In this document: positions 9,374 to 20,802 of the stretch, in pieces
Position numbering within the stretch: the stretch's first letter is position 1
How the letters are laid out: each line of letters starts with the position of its first letter
Origin: Candidatus Eiseniibacteriota bacterium
GTDB lineage: Bacteria; Eisenbacteria; RBG-16-71-46; CAIMUX01; VGJL01
Direction of reading: 5' to 3'
Assembly (NCBI GenBank): GCA_963792585.1
Contig: CAWBWI010000001.1
Coordinates: 32,001 to 96,000, forward strand
DNA length: 64,000 nt
Notes under the pieces: model-generated
The model's database searches: none
What the model was told of the DNA's origin: nothing
The model's input: only the letters and a program-made list of their open reading frames with translations
Program-made: the position numbers and the translations under genes

Positions 9374-10510
9374 CTATGCTCCGGGCCTCTCGATTGTCCC
9401 ATCCGGGTACTTTGCAAACCTTTCAAAGGCGGGTCCGTGGACCATATCGTGCCGGGGCCAGGGCCAGCCTCCAAACTGGGTGCTCTGGTAGTCCTCGAAG
9501 GCCTGGCGGATTTCGGCCCGACTGTTCATCACGAAGGGACCATGCTGAACCACGGGTTCGCCAATCGGGCGGGCCTGAAGGAGCAGAACCTCAATTGCGG
9601 TAGCGCCGGCGGCCAATACCGTCTGACTTCGGCTGTCGACGGATAAGCCTTTGGATCCTTCGACCGTCCGCCCATTCAACAAGAGTCCCTCGCCCTCGAA
9701 GAAGTAGATCATTCGGGTTGTGGGAGCGTGAGTCGTTGGCAGATTGAGCGTACCTCCCGGTAGGATTCGGATCAGGAAGACGCTGACTTCGTTCTCCGGC
9801 TGGCTGGCCCAACTGTCGGGAGGAGGGGCGAGAGCCATCGTGTCGCCCCACGTCCCGGCTATGAGATTGATGTGCACGCGATCGCTGTCGAGGCGGATCT
9901 GCGGAATCGCTTCACTCCAGAACATTGTAAAGTGGGGCTTCGTCATCTTCTTCTTGGCCGGCAGGTTGAGCCATACCTGAAACAGCTCGAGGACATTGCC
10001 ACCCTCCTGCCGCAAGAGCGGGAACATTTCCGAGTGTTGGATTCCACTTCCCGCAGTCATCCATTGCACATCGCCTTCACCATAGCGGCCGGCGGCGCCC
10101 ATGGAGTCGCAATGATCGACATAGCCCTTCCGGACAATGGTGATTGTCTCGAACCCCCTATGCGGGTGGACGGGGAAGCCCGGAACCGTCTCGCCGTGAT
10201 ACATGCGGAAGCCGTCCTTCGGAACGAAGTCCTGACCCATATCACGACCTGCAAAATGGCCTGGATCGGGCCCCAGATTGGATCCTCCGTTGGGATACCT
10301 GTCGTGGTGATGGACGCAGAACAGGAATGGTTCCTGAACGGGCCACTGAAAATCCAGGTCGTACTCCGATTTGATCACGGGCAACCCTCCGATCGCTTCT
10401 TCCCCTGCATAGAGTTTCCGCGGCAAGAGTCCTGCTCCGACTATGGCGCCCAGCGAGGCAAACCTCGCCAAGAATCGTCTTCGGTTCCACTCGAAGGACA
10501 TGACATCCAC
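9374..10510 (-). CDS. Pirin-family bicupin with a putative Tat signal peptide
   Basis: GFPVHPHRGFETIT, HCDSMG, QWMTAGSGIQHSE, GPFVMNS. N-terminal RRRFL followed by a hydrophobic stretch. Confidence 0.9.
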   Translation of the reverse strand: MDVMSFEWNRRRFLARFASLGAIVGAGLLPRKLYAGEEAIGGLPVIKSEYDLDFQWPVQEPFLFCVHHHDRYPNGGSNLGPDPGHFAGRDMGQDFVPKDGFRMYHGETVPGFPVHPHRGFETITIVRKGYVDHCDSMGAAGRYGEGDVQWMTAGSGIQHSEMFPLLRQEGGNVLELFQVWLNLPAKKKMTKPHFTMFWSEAIPQIRLDSDRVHINLIAGTWGDTMALAPPPDSWASQPENEVSVFLIRILPGGTLNLPTTHAPTTRMIYFFEGEGLLLNGRTVEGSKGLSVDSRSQTVLAAGATAIEVLLLQARPIGEPVVQHGPFVMNSRAEIRQAFEDYQSTQFGGWPWPRHDMVHGPAFERFAKYPDGTIERPGA

Positions 10511-10610
10511 CTCCCAATAAGAAATCTAAGGCGAGACCGGGGCCGACGTAAGCCGGAACTGTGCGGGTCACATGCGTCGACCTCGTTCGGGCTCGGAAGA
10601 TAGCCCTTTC

Positions 10611-11465
10611 TTAGTCCACGACTCCGATCTCATCTCCCTCCTGCGCCTGTCCCTCTTCGATCACGCGCGCGTAGATGCCCGCGATGTGCTTCGTCTCCCG
10701 GACGAGGGTGCGCATGATGCGATGGTCCTGCGGAACGTCGTCCACGCCCTGCGTGGCCATGACGCAGCGCGGACAGCCGGCGACCACCTCGATCACGGCG
10801 CTGCCTATGCGCAATCGGCGACCGATCCATCCGAGCTCGGGATAGCCATCCGGGTCATCCGCCTCGACGAATACGTTGGGTCGAAAGCGGCGCTCGTCCC
10901 ACACGGAGTCCGGAGCGAGACGCGCGAGGGTTTTCAGCGTGGTCCGCGTGAGGAGGTGGATCGGAAGCGCGTCGAAGAAATTGCCCTGGCGCAGCAAACG
11001 CAATCGTTCCGGCGGAAACGCGCTGAAGTCGGGCATGGGTTCGTCCGGCAGGATTCCCATCAAAGCGCGCATGGTGTCCGGTGGATCGCCCTCCGCCGTG
11101 ACGCGCGGGGCCGCTTCCGTTCCGACCGGGCCGAGTGACCGGAGAGAAACGGCGCGTCCCAGATACTCGCTCAACTGGCGCGCCGCGTCGGGGGAATCAC
11201 TCGAAAGGGACGTTCCATCGGGCAGCGTGATCCCGGCCGGCGGTGAACCGGCGCCCGGGATCGGCTCGTTCACGTAGCGGGCCTGACAGGTGCGCAGGAG
11301 AGGCACGCGTTTCGCGTTCGTGATTCCGCCGCGCGATTCGTCGTAGACCGCCCAGCCGCGGTCACCGGGAATCCCGCGCTGCGTCAACCCGGCGTGCTCC
11401 CGACGCTCGCCGCCCATGCTTTTCACTGGATAACGCCACAACTGGGAAACCGTTCCGATCCGCAT
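10611..11465 (-). CDS. MOSC domain protein
   Basis: LWRYPVKSMGGE, GDRGWA, RRFRPNV, CPRCVMAT. Confidence 0.9.
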   Translation of the reverse strand: MRIGTVSQLWRYPVKSMGGERREHAGLTQRGIPGDRGWAVYDESRGGITNAKRVPLLRTCQARYVNEPIPGAGSPPAGITLPDGTSLSSDSPDAARQLSEYLGRAVSLRSLGPVGTEAAPRVTAEGDPPDTMRALMGILPDEPMPDFSAFPPERLRLLRQGNFFDALPIHLLTRTTLKTLARLAPDSVWDERRFRPNVFVEADDPDGYPELGWIGRRLRIGSAVIEVVAGCPRCVMATQGVDDVPQDHRIMRTLVRETKHIAGIYARVIEEGQAQEGDEIGVVD

Positions 11466-11616
11466 GAGCGCACGGTAGCGCCGCGGCATCCCGACGGTCA
11501 ACCAGCGCGCGGTGTCTCAGTCGTGATCCCAGCGAATGGCCACGGGCCGGTCGATCCCGGGCAGCGGGAGTGAAGCCGTTTCCGCCTCGGCCGCCTCGCG
11601 CTGGGCGCGGGAAAGG

Positions 11617-11790
11617 CGACGCCAAGGTCGAATCGTGAGCATATGCTCCGCCCGTCGCCAGGTGCCGGCGGTCTTCACCCTCAACTGGCGCCCGCCCGGG
11701 GATGGAGGGTCGCGAGGAGGAAGTGGGATCTACTACCTGAGGTTGGACACGGAGGGATTCAAGAGCAGCGCAAGATCGTTCTGCTCCATG
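11617..11790 (+). pseudogene. Remnant of an FlgD-Ig/T9SS-like C-terminal domain
   Basis: GRIVS...FTLNW...GSGIYYLRLDTEG resembles the C-termini at 31779 and 47050. Confidence 0.4.
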
Positions 11791-11885
11791 AGTAGGCTGG
11801 TCTACTTGCGCGTCTCTGAGCGACAACCCCTTTGGCTCCAAGAGAACCATCCCCGTGACGAATAGGAACTGGTAGCTGGCCAACG

Positions 11886-11950
11886 TCGATAGCCTGATCC
11901 TCGCCGCCCCTCTCGGGACATGGGTCCTGCGCTGGATCCTCTCCCGGTAA
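11886..11950 (+). repeat. Right copy of the 65 bp cdsA 3'-end repeat, attR-like
   Basis: Encodes the identical peptide DSLILAAPLGTWVLRWILSR* with no upstream gene body. Confidence 0.9.
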
Positions 11951-12074
11951 ACGTCGGGCCGTTCGGGTCGATCCGGGTCTTCTCATCGATCTGCAGATGC
12001 TCTATATGATGGACGGCGAAGCGCGTCTTCTTCCCAGGACTGCTGGAGCAGCGCAACAGTAATGGAGGCCCCTC

Positions 12075-12662
12075 ATGGCGGATGATCGAACGCCGCTCGT
12101 CGGCGACTACACGGTCGGACAGATGGATCCGGCAGCATTCGGCCCCGTCTTCAACGATCTTCGTCCGAGAGTCTTCTCCGACACCCTCTCCTACGACCCG
12201 CGGACGATCTGGACGCAGGAAGAGAAGGATGCCCTCGCCCAACTCCGGAAGCGGATGGGAGAGGTCTTCGAGCTCGTCCTCGGGGTCTACCGGGGGGAGG
12301 AACTCGTCGGCTGGACGATGGGCTGGCAGGAAGACGCTGCCACCTACAAGATGGTGAACACCGGACTTCTCCCCGAGCACCAGGGGAAGGGGATCTACAA
12401 GGCTCTGCTGCCCCGTGTCCTCGATGTCCTGAGGCAGGAAGGCTTCCAGGTGGTCGTGAGCTATCACTGCGCCACCAACAACGCGGTGATCGTTCCGAAG
12501 CTGCGCGCGGGCTTCATCATCTCGGGGTTCGAGGTCTCGGACCGGTTCGGCCTGATCGTCCGTCTCGCCTACTACTTCAACGAGACCCGCAGACGGATCA
12601 TGGATGTCCGTGTGGGACAAACGCGTCCCGACGCCGAGATCAGGAGGATCCTGGGGCTCTAG
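12075..12662 (+). CDS. GNAT-family N-acetyltransferase
   Basis: GGAGG RBS. LLPEHQGKGIYKAL and NNAVIVPKLRAGF. Confidence 0.85.
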   Translation: MADDRTPLVGDYTVGQMDPAAFGPVFNDLRPRVFSDTLSYDPRTIWTQEEKDALAQLRKRMGEVFELVLGVYRGEELVGWTMGWQEDAATYKMVNTGLLPEHQGKGIYKALLPRVLDVLRQEGFQVVVSYHCATNNAVIVPKLRAGFIISGFEVSDRFGLIVRLAYYFNETRRRIMDVRVGQTRPDAEIRRILGL

Positions 12663-12680
12663 CCGCGTGGGCGCGGCCGC

Positions 12681-14027
12681 TCAAAGCCCGTACTCCTTGA
12701 TCAGCCGGTTGAGGAAGGTCCTCTGCAGCCCCAGTTGCTCCGCGGCCTTCGTCTGGTTGCCGCCGTTGCGTGCGAGCGCGCGCGCGATGTACTCACGGCG
12801 GAAGTCATGAACGGCGTCCCTCAGGGGGCGAATCGTCTCGTCGGGGAGCGGCGCCTCGACGGGACCGAAGACCTCGGGCGGCAGCAGGTCAGGGGTCAAG
12901 GTCTCCGTTCGCGCCAGAACGACCATCCTCTCGACTGCATTCTTCAACTGGCGCACGTTTCCCGGCCATGCATAGCCCTGCATGATCTCCTGCGTGCGCG
13001 TGGCCAGCTTGATCCGGCCCCGGCGGAGCTCCCGCCCGTAGCGCTCCAGGAACGCCTCTGCGAGCGCGGGGATATCTTCGCGGCGTTCGCGTAGCGGCGG
13101 GATCCCGAGGCGGATCACGTTCAAACGGAAGTAGAGATCCTCGCGGAAGCGGCCTTCCTTGACCGCCGCCTCGAGCTGCTTGTTGGTCGCCGCGATGATC
13201 CGGCAGTCGATCGATATCGTGCGGGTTCCGCCGACCCGCTCGAACTCGCCCGTTTCGAGGAAGTGGAGGAGCTTCGTCTGCAGGCGCGGCGTGATGTCCC
13301 CGATCTCGTCGAGGAATGCCGTCCCGCCGGAGGCCGCCTCGATCCGCCCCTCCTTGCGGGCGATCGCCCCGGTGAAGGCTCCTCGCTCGTGGCCGAAGAG
13401 GGTCGACTCGATCAGCTCGTCCGACAGGGCGACGCAGTTGACGTAGACGAAGGGACCGTGGGCGCGGGGGCTCCGGTGGTGGATCATCTCCGCAAGCACC
13501 TGCTTGCCGCAGCCGCTCTCGCCCGTCAAGAGGATCGTCGCGTTCGACTGGGCGGCGCGCGTGGCTGTGTCGAGCAGCTCCCGCATCGCCGGCGAGTCGC
13601 CCACGACGAAGCCGGGCCGCTCGCCGAGCTGAGCGGTGAGGGCGCGGTTCACCTTCTGCAGTTGCCGTTTCTCGATCGATCGCTCGACGACCGCCTTGAG
13701 CAGGTCGAAGTCGGCCGGCTTCAGCATGAAGTCGACCGCGCCGAGCCGGATCGCCTCGACCGCGTTTCCGATCGAGCCGTGGGCGGTGAGGATGACGACA
13801 TCGGCGGCGCAACCGGATTCGTGAAGGTTGCGCAACACCTCCATTCCATCCATGCGCGGCATCGTGAGATCCAGCAGGATCAGATCGAACTCCCGCCGCG
13901 CGACGGCCTCGAGCGCGGCCTGGCCGTCCGCAGCCTGCTCGGTCGCGTGTCCCCAGAAATCGAGCCGATCGGCCAGCGCCCGCCGCAGACCGGCGTCATC
14001 ATCGACGATCAGGACATTTGCTTTCAT
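12681..14027 (-). CDS. sigma54-dependent response regulator (NtrC/AtoC family)
   Basis: Receiver domain (VDDD, DLTMP), GESGCGK, GAFTGA, FREDLYFRLNV, WPGNVRQL and a C-terminal HTH. Confidence 0.95.
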   Translation of the reverse strand: MKANVLIVDDDAGLRRALADRLDFWGHATEQAADGQAALEAVARREFDLILLDLTMPRMDGMEVLRNLHESGCAADVVILTAHGSIGNAVEAIRLGAVDFMLKPADFDLLKAVVERSIEKRQLQKVNRALTAQLGERPGFVVGDSPAMRELLDTATRAAQSNATILLTGESGCGKQVLAEMIHHRSPRAHGPFVYVNCVALSDELIESTLFGHERGAFTGAIARKEGRIEAASGGTAFLDEIGDITPRLQTKLLHFLETGEFERVGGTRTISIDCRIIAATNKQLEAAVKEGRFREDLYFRLNVIRLGIPPLRERREDIPALAEAFLERYGRELRRGRIKLATRTQEIMQGYAWPGNVRQLKNAVERMVVLARTETLTPDLLPPEVFGPVEAPLPDETIRPLRDAVHDFRREYIARALARNGGNQTKAAEQLGLQRTFLNRLIKEYGL

Positions 14028-16428
14028 CCCTCGGCCACCTCCGACGCGTCCCAGTCGAGCAGGACGCAGGTGAAGGCCGCGCCGCCTTGCGGGTGGTTGA
14101 CGGCGGTCACCGTGCCTCCCATCAACTCGACGAACTGGCGAACGACGTACAACCCCAGCCCGAACCCGCCCCTCTGAACATAGGGGCTCGGTCGGCCCTG
14201 CTTGAACCTCTCGAAGATGATCTCATCCTCTCCGGGGGCGATACCGGGACCGTGATCGCGCACGGAGAACTGCTGGCACGCCCCATCCATACGATGGATC
14301 ACGATATCGACCGCCCCGCCGTCCGGCGAGTAGCGCAGCGCGTTTTCGATCAGATTCGTCATGATCTCGATCAGCTTGTCCCGATTGCCGCGCACCGGCG
14401 GCGTGTCCGGCGGGACCGTGCGCTCGAGGAGGATCCGTCGCTGGATCGCGACCGGCTTCAAGCCCGTGATGGTCTCTTCCAGGGCTCCAACGAGATCGAC
14501 CGGCTCGACCTCGATTCGACCCCGCGAAAGTTCGAGGCGGCTGATCTCGACCAGATTGTTCACGAGCCGGGCGAGCTGGCCCGAGGAGGTGCGGACGGCG
14601 TCGAGATACTCCCGCTGGCGATCGCTGAGCGGGCCGACGACCCCGTCTAGGAGGTTCTGGACCGACCAGGTGATCGAGGTGATGGGCGTCCGCAGGTCGT
14701 GGGAGACCCGGGAGAGAAAGTCGCTCTTCAGGCGGTCGATCTCATCGAGACGCTGCCTTGCGATCGCCTCCTCGGCGACCTGCTGCACCAGGCGGATCCG
14801 CTCCATGGCGACCGCCGCTTCCTCCGCGACGCCCCCGATGAGTTCCAGGTCCTGCTCGACGTAGCGTCGCTCGTTCCGTCGTTCGGAGAGCAGGACCCAT
14901 CCAAGCGCCCGCCCCTCGATCGCGATCGGAGCGAGGATGCGCAGCCCCGCTTCACGGAGGACCGCGGGGAAGTCCGGGTTCTCGATCTCGGGGAGACTCG
15001 TGGAGTTCGGCGCGACGATCGGCCTGCCCGCATAGCCGAGCAGCGGCTCCGCGAGAGCGACCGCCTCGCGGGCGAGTTCCGGATCGATCTCGCCCGCCGC
15101 GTGGTATTCCGACCCCACGGGGACGAGAACCGCGATCGTCCGTGGTTGCAGGCTCTCATCGAGCAGCGACCGAACGAGACCCGCCATCTCCAGCGGGCTC
15201 GGCACCGAGGGGGAGCGCTCCTTGAGGGACCGGAGAGCCTGCGCGTGGTCGTAGTCGATCTTGAAGAAGGTACGATCGACCCAGCCGCCGATCGCCCGGC
15301 GCGTGGGTCCATAGAGGGCGACCGGGACGATGGCGGCCACGAACGGGATCATCTGGGAGGCGGCCGGGACGAAGTGGCGCACCACGCGGCCGACGAGAAC
15401 CGCGAGGAAGATGTAGACGGCCCCCATGATGCCCGCGAGAACGGTGTAGATGATGCTCCGGCGGATGATGATGTCGATGTCGAGGAATCGATAGCGGACA
15501 ACGGCGAAGGTGAAGGAGATGGGGATCGCGAGCTCGAGGATCCGATCGAACTCCGTGCCGATCGGTGTCTCCCACCCGAAAATGCGCGGCAAGGTCCTCA
15601 AGAAGACGTACGGCGTGATGCCGATCGTGAACCCCCAGAGGAGCCACTTCGTCGAGTCCCGTTCCCGCGTCAGCTCGAGCCGCCGGCTGGAGTCGAGGAG
15701 CACGAGGCAACCCGCGCCGACCATCCCGACCAGGAACACCTGCGCGAGGACCCCGGGAAGCCGCGAGGCCCGCCAGGCCTCGGAGTCGCGGACGAAGACG
15801 TAATAGAGGAAGGCCGAGGCCTCCAGGAGGACGACGACGACCGCGGTCGCGATTACCGCCGGCATGAACCAGCGCGCCCGGTCGATGAATGGCCGCCGTC
15901 TGGGGAATGTCAGGGTCATGTGGATGAAGAAGACGGGAAGGGCGGCGAGGCTGATCATCCAGAGGATCGGCATGCCGAGCGGGACGAGCGCCGCGCCTGC
16001 GGGTGGGTAGACGCCGCCGATCATCACCGCGAGACCGAAGAAGATCGTCGCCCAGTAGAAGTCCCGCGCCGGCGTCCGATCGATCCGGCCCAGGAAGACG
16101 AAGAGGTTGACCGCGAAGAAGAAGATCCCGCGATCAGCGCGGTCGTGAACTGGATCGGGCTCATGAGACGACGCAGGCGGATCGTCGTCGAGCCCTGGGG
16201 GGTTCGGATCTCGACTGTGGAGCCGATCGGTCTCGTCTGGATCTCGAAGCGGAGTTGGTCGGCGGAGCCGACATGCGCGGGGCCGACAATGATGGGGTAG
16301 GGGAGATTCCTCGCGTCGAATCCGCGCGGGAGCCCGGCGTGGGTCCACTGGCTGTGGATTCCCCAGAGCCCCAGGGTGAGTCCCAGGCAGGAGACCACCA
16401 GATAGAAGCCGTGTCGGGCGCTCGTCAC
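14024..16428 (-). CDS. Multi-TM GAF sensor histidine kinase, one frameshift near 16130
   Basis: SHDLRTP H-box, NLIENALRY, DHGPGI, GFGLGL. The N-terminus MTSARHGFYLVVSC lies in another frame. Confidence 0.85.
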
Positions 16429-16608
16429 AATCTCGTTCCTCCCGCACCACGTTTGCAGGCGATTCCAGTCTACGGTGGCGGTAGGGACTGGGAAAGGACG
16501 AAGGAGAGGGCCGCGGGCGGTGTCCAGCCCGGCCTTGTCAAGGCACCCCCCTCCACCGTACGATTTCCGCGGGGCGAAAGGGTTCGCCCAGGGGAGGAGG
16601 GGACGACG

Positions 16609-17182
16609 ATGAAGATCCAGGGAACCCGCACCGAGAAGAACCTGCTCGCGGCCTTCGCGGGCGAATCGCAGGCCCGAAATCGGTACACCTACTTCGCATC
16701 CCAGGCCCGCAAGGAGGAGCTCTTCCAGATCGCCGACATCTTCGAGGAGACGGCGAACCAGGAGAAGGAGCACGCGAAGCGCTTCTTCAGCCAACTCCAG
16801 GGCGGAGGAGTGGAGATCACGGCAACCTACCCCGCGGGCGTGGTCGGCAAGACGCTCGAGAATCTCAAGGCCGCGGCGATGGGGGAGCACGAGGAGTGGA
16901 CCGACCTCTACCCGGGCTTCGCGAAGGTCGCCCGAGAAGAGGGCCTCGAGGGGGTCGCGAAGCTCTTCGAGTTCATCTGCGTGGCCGAGAAGCAGCACGA
17001 GAAGCGCTACAACGATCTCGCGAAGAACGTCGAGACGGGGGCGGTCTTCAAGAAGGCCAAGCCGGTCGTCTGGCGTTGCCGGCAATTGCGGCTATCTCCA
17101 CGAGGGACCCGAAGCGCCCGGGGCCTGCCCGGCATGCGCCCATCCGCGGGGGCACTTCGAACTGCTCGGAGAGAACTGGTAG
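16609..17182 (+). CDS. rbr: Rubrerythrin, frameshift near 17080
   Basis: [28 protein letters not shown]. After the shift, [18 protein letters not shown] rubredoxin-like domain. Confidence 0.92.
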
Positions 17183-17236
17183 GAATACGATCGGACTCGA
17201 GGGCGGGGTCGGCCGGTCCTTCGGCCGGCCCCGTCT

Positions 17237-18473
17237 CTACTTCGCCTCGATGAACCTCTCGTGGAGCAGGCGCACCGCATCGGGGGCTTTCGGCCCGTCG
17301 ATCACGAAGCTCACTGCAAGGCTTGCCGTCCGACAGGACTTCGGCTCGATCCCCGCCTTCTCGAGCACCGTCATCGCCTCGCCGAGCAGATCGGGGCGGG
17401 CCACGATCCCCTCGCCGATCAGGCTCACCACGGCGAGTCCGCGGCAAACGCGCACGATGGCGTTCGTCCCGCGGCAGCGATCCCGTAACTGCTGCTCGTC
17501 CGGGCCCGGCTCGGGCCGCATCGCCCGCACGCGCGTGGCGTCGGCCATCACCTGCACCTCGCACCAAGTCCAGGGCACGGCAGTGGGACCCTCGTCGAGG
17601 ATCGCAAGGAGTGTTTGCGCGTTCGCCTTTCCCTCGATCTCGACGGCGACGCAGCGCGCCTCCATCGCGACGGATAGGATGCGATCGCTTTCCAGTGGGC
17701 CTTCCGTGCGGCCCGGTTCGGGATTCATCTCGTCCTCCTTCGGAGGCGGACCGATCCAGGTGTGCGGTCCGTCGGACAGGGAGCAGCGGACGCGAAGCGG
17801 CATTCCGAACTTGCGCGCGAGGATGACCGAGCGGCGGAATAGAACCTGCGCGCCCATGTGGGACAGGACGATCGTCGGCTCGTAGCCGATGTTGCGGAAT
17901 CGTACGCGCGGCCGGCACGATCCGCGGATCCGCGGTCAGCACACCGTGCACGTCCGTATAGATCTCGCACCAGGGGCTGCCGAAGCGGATCGCGAGACCG
18001 ACGGCGGTCGTGTCCGATCCGCCGCGGCCAAGGGTGGTGATCTCCTTGCGGGAACTGACGCCCTGAAAGCCCGCGACGATGGCGACGGTGTCCTGCGCGA
18101 CCGTCTCCTCGATGCGGAAGGGCCGGATGTCGACGATCCGCGCATCGCTGTGACGGTCGTCGGTGATGATCCCGCTCTGGCTGCCGGTGAACGACATCGC
18201 GCGCGCGCCGAGCGACTCGAGCGCCATCGCGAGCAACGCCATCGAGATCCTCTCGCCCGCGGTGAGCAGCATGTCCATCTCGCGGCGCGGCGGATCCGGG
18301 CTCACTTGATGGGCGAGATCGACCAGCTCGTCGGTCGTCTGACCCATTGCGGAGACGACGACGAGGATGCGGCGCCCCCGGCTCTTCTCCTCAAGGACGC
18401 GGCGCGCGACGCCGAGAAGGTGTTGGGGGGTCGCCACGGAGGTCCCGCCGAATTTCATCACGAGGGTGGTCAT
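17237..18473 (-). CDS. lysC: Aspartate kinase, frameshift near 17890
   Basis: [41 protein letters not shown], plus a C-terminal ACT-like region in the second frame. Confidence 0.9.
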
Positions 18474-18562
18474 CGGGGGCCGAGGATAGGGGGGATTGGG
18501 TCCTCGCGCCAGGGTCGGCTTGCGGGCCGAAAGTGGCGCATACCGTGGCCGAAATCCAGGGG

Positions 18563-18592
18563 TTGACGGAGGGACCCGGCCGTTCCTAGAAT
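18563..18592 (+). promoter_or_regulatory. Putative sigma70 promoter of the tRNA pair
   Basis: TTGACG, 18 bp spacer, TAGAAT. Confidence 0.5.
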
Positions 18593-18663
18593 CCGATCCG
18601 CGGGCAGGTTTCAGAGAACCACCGCCGTTCGCCCCCCAGGGAGGACGACAACAAGGTTTTTGA

Positions 18664-18740
<77 letters not shown>

Positions 18741-18787
18741 TTTTTATTCCCCCCAACGGCTTATGGCCGTTCACGCCGGTTCGAGGG

Positions 18788-18862
18788 GGCGCCATAGCCA
18801 AGTGGTAAGGCGACGGTCTGCAAAACCGTTATTCCCCGGTTCAAATCCGGGTGGCGCCTCCA
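18788..18862 (+). tRNA. tRNA-Cys (GCA)
   Basis: GGCGCCA/TGGCGCC acceptor stem, CTGCAAA anticodon loop, T-loop, TCCA end. Confidence 0.97.
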
Positions 18863-19170
18863 GTTCATTCGTCCAACGCACAGGAAGAGCGGCAACCAAG
18901 CATTGGAGCTTGCAGGGGATCCTCCTGCGGGCTCGGTGCTCTTCCTTCGCACCGGTTCCACTTTATGTAGGCAGCCCCGTCGGGCGCGGATCACCGTCTG
19001 CATCGACCACGCAATCGGCCACGCACTTCTACGGTCGCCTGCTCTCCGCCGCAAGCTTGTGGGCCGCTCGATGTTGGCCACGATCCCATCCCCACCGCGT
19101 CTCCCCGGGGGTGTATACTCGTTCCGGTCCTTCACCCGCTCGATCGATTGGCCTTTCCTGCGACCGGAGG

Positions 19171-20703
19171 ATGAAATTGAGCACGCCGCGTTTCGCGCTC
19201 CTGTTCCTGACCCTCTGCGTCCTCTTCCTGTCCACCTGCTCCGATGACAACCCGGGATCTCCTTCCGACGGTGTCATGAAAATCTACGGCACCGTCTCAA
19301 CTCCCGAGGGGCCGCTGGGGAATGCGACGACCAGTCTCGAGGGCTATGAGAACAGTCTCCTGGTGTCGATCCAGACGAACGAGGCGGGCGAGTATGCCAT
19401 GACCGTGCCAGAGGGGCGCTACCGCCTGATCCTGAGGCCGCCCGGGAGCCGGCCCATGTTCTATGCCCGGGGCGGGCCCACCTACAGGGGTGATGATGCG
19501 GAGGAGATCGTCGTCTCCGACAGCCGGCCCGACCTTCGGGCGGACTTCCGGCTGGGGCGGGTCGAGCTGACCCTTCAGGTGCCGTCGGGCATGCAGAGCT
19601 TGGAATGGGGCTGCGGCATGACCGATGCAACAACCGGTTACACGGTGGACAACGGCTTGAGGACCTGGCGCGATGGGTCTATCGAGTTCGTCTTCTCCGC
19701 CGTCGTCCCGGGACGGTACTGCTTCCGCGTAGGCTCCCTTGGGTCCCACTTCTGGTATCCCAACGCCATGAGCGTCGCCGATGCCCGAGCGATCGAGGTT
19801 GGCGCGTTGGAGAAGATCTCGCTGTCAGACTCGCTCGCCGCACCGGGGCATGTCACAGGGACACTCGTCGGAGCGTGGGCGCTCATCGCTGATCCACCTC
19901 CCGAGATCCAGCTCTACGGGCCCGACTCGACGGTGACGTCGCGAAGCTCCTGCGGGGAAGACGGTCGGTTCGACGTCCCCGTGATCGTCGACGGCGTCGT
20001 CCGGCTCAAGGTCGAGGCGGGAGACCAGGAGATCTGGCTGGGTGGCCGCGAACTCGGGGACGCGGATCCGCTGACGGTGACATCAGGCTCGATCGTCGAG
20101 GCGGGTGCGATCCAGACGCATGGACTCACCTGCAGGATGATCGGTGCGCCGGGCTGGGAGCGCGACGAATGGAAAGCGATCCTCACGAACGGTGAGCATG
20201 GTGTCACGATCATCGCCAGCAAGGGAGATGCGGAGGGGGAGTGGATCGTTCCGCTGAGCGGTCCAGCCACCGGCGGACTGCGGGTGCAGTGGCTCAACCC
20301 AAGCGAGTGGAGGCCTCAATGGTACGATCGCAAAGCGTCGCTGGTCGATGCCGACTTCCTGTACGTGAACGACGCCAGCGGCCCGACCTCGATCGACGTT
20401 CAGCTCGAGCGCGGGGGGACGATCTCGGGACGCGTGCGCCCGAGTGACGGCTCCCCGCTTCAGCGCTATCCCATCGTAGTTCGTCTCCCGGGCGGTCTAT
20501 ACGGGGGCTGGTTGACAGAGTCTGACGGGAGTTTCCGGATTGCGGGCCTGCCGGATGGCCCGATCCCGCTGGCGGTGCATCACCCAACCGGCCTGATCTG
20601 GTATCCCGGAACGCTGGACGAATCTCAGGCCGAACCGATCGAGATCGTCGACGCGGGCGACCGCACGGGCCTCGAGTTCGTCTTGGCTACGCCCGGGGAA
20701 TGA
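19171..20703 (+). CDS. Putative lipoprotein with carboxypeptidase-regulatory-like (beta-sandwich) repeats
   Basis: GGAGG RBS, signal peptide LFLSTC. TNEAGEY, GGTISGRV, TESDGSFRIAGL, WYPG motifs. Confidence 0.7.
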   Translation: MKLSTPRFALLFLTLCVLFLSTCSDDNPGSPSDGVMKIYGTVSTPEGPLGNATTSLEGYENSLLVSIQTNEAGEYAMTVPEGRYRLILRPPGSRPMFYARGGPTYRGDDAEEIVVSDSRPDLRADFRLGRVELTLQVPSGMQSLEWGCGMTDATTGYTVDNGLRTWRDGSIEFVFSAVVPGRYCFRVGSLGSHFWYPNAMSVADARAIEVGALEKISLSDSLAAPGHVTGTLVGAWALIADPPPEIQLYGPDSTVTSRSSCGEDGRFDVPVIVDGVVRLKVEAGDQEIWLGGRELGDADPLTVTSGSIVEAGAIQTHGLTCRMIGAPGWERDEWKAILTNGEHGVTIIASKGDAEGEWIVPLSGPATGGLRVQWLNPSEWRPQWYDRKASLVDADFLYVNDASGPTSIDVQLERGGTISGRVRPSDGSPLQRYPIVVRLPGGLYGGWLTESDGSFRIAGLPDGPIPLAVHHPTGLIWYPGTLDESQAEPIEIVDAGDRTGLEFVLATPGE

Positions 20704-20802
20704 CGTCGCGATTTCGGTGGTGGTCCGGGGAGGGCGCCTCCACATCCCCACACGCCGGCAAGCGCGCATGTTCTTCCCTCGCGCGGGCAAGCCGAGCCGT
20801 TC

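Noticed and set aside
17007..18473. Programmed frameshifting in aspartokinase or rubrerythrin
   Set aside because: No slippery motif is evident, and indels are widespread across unrelated genes.
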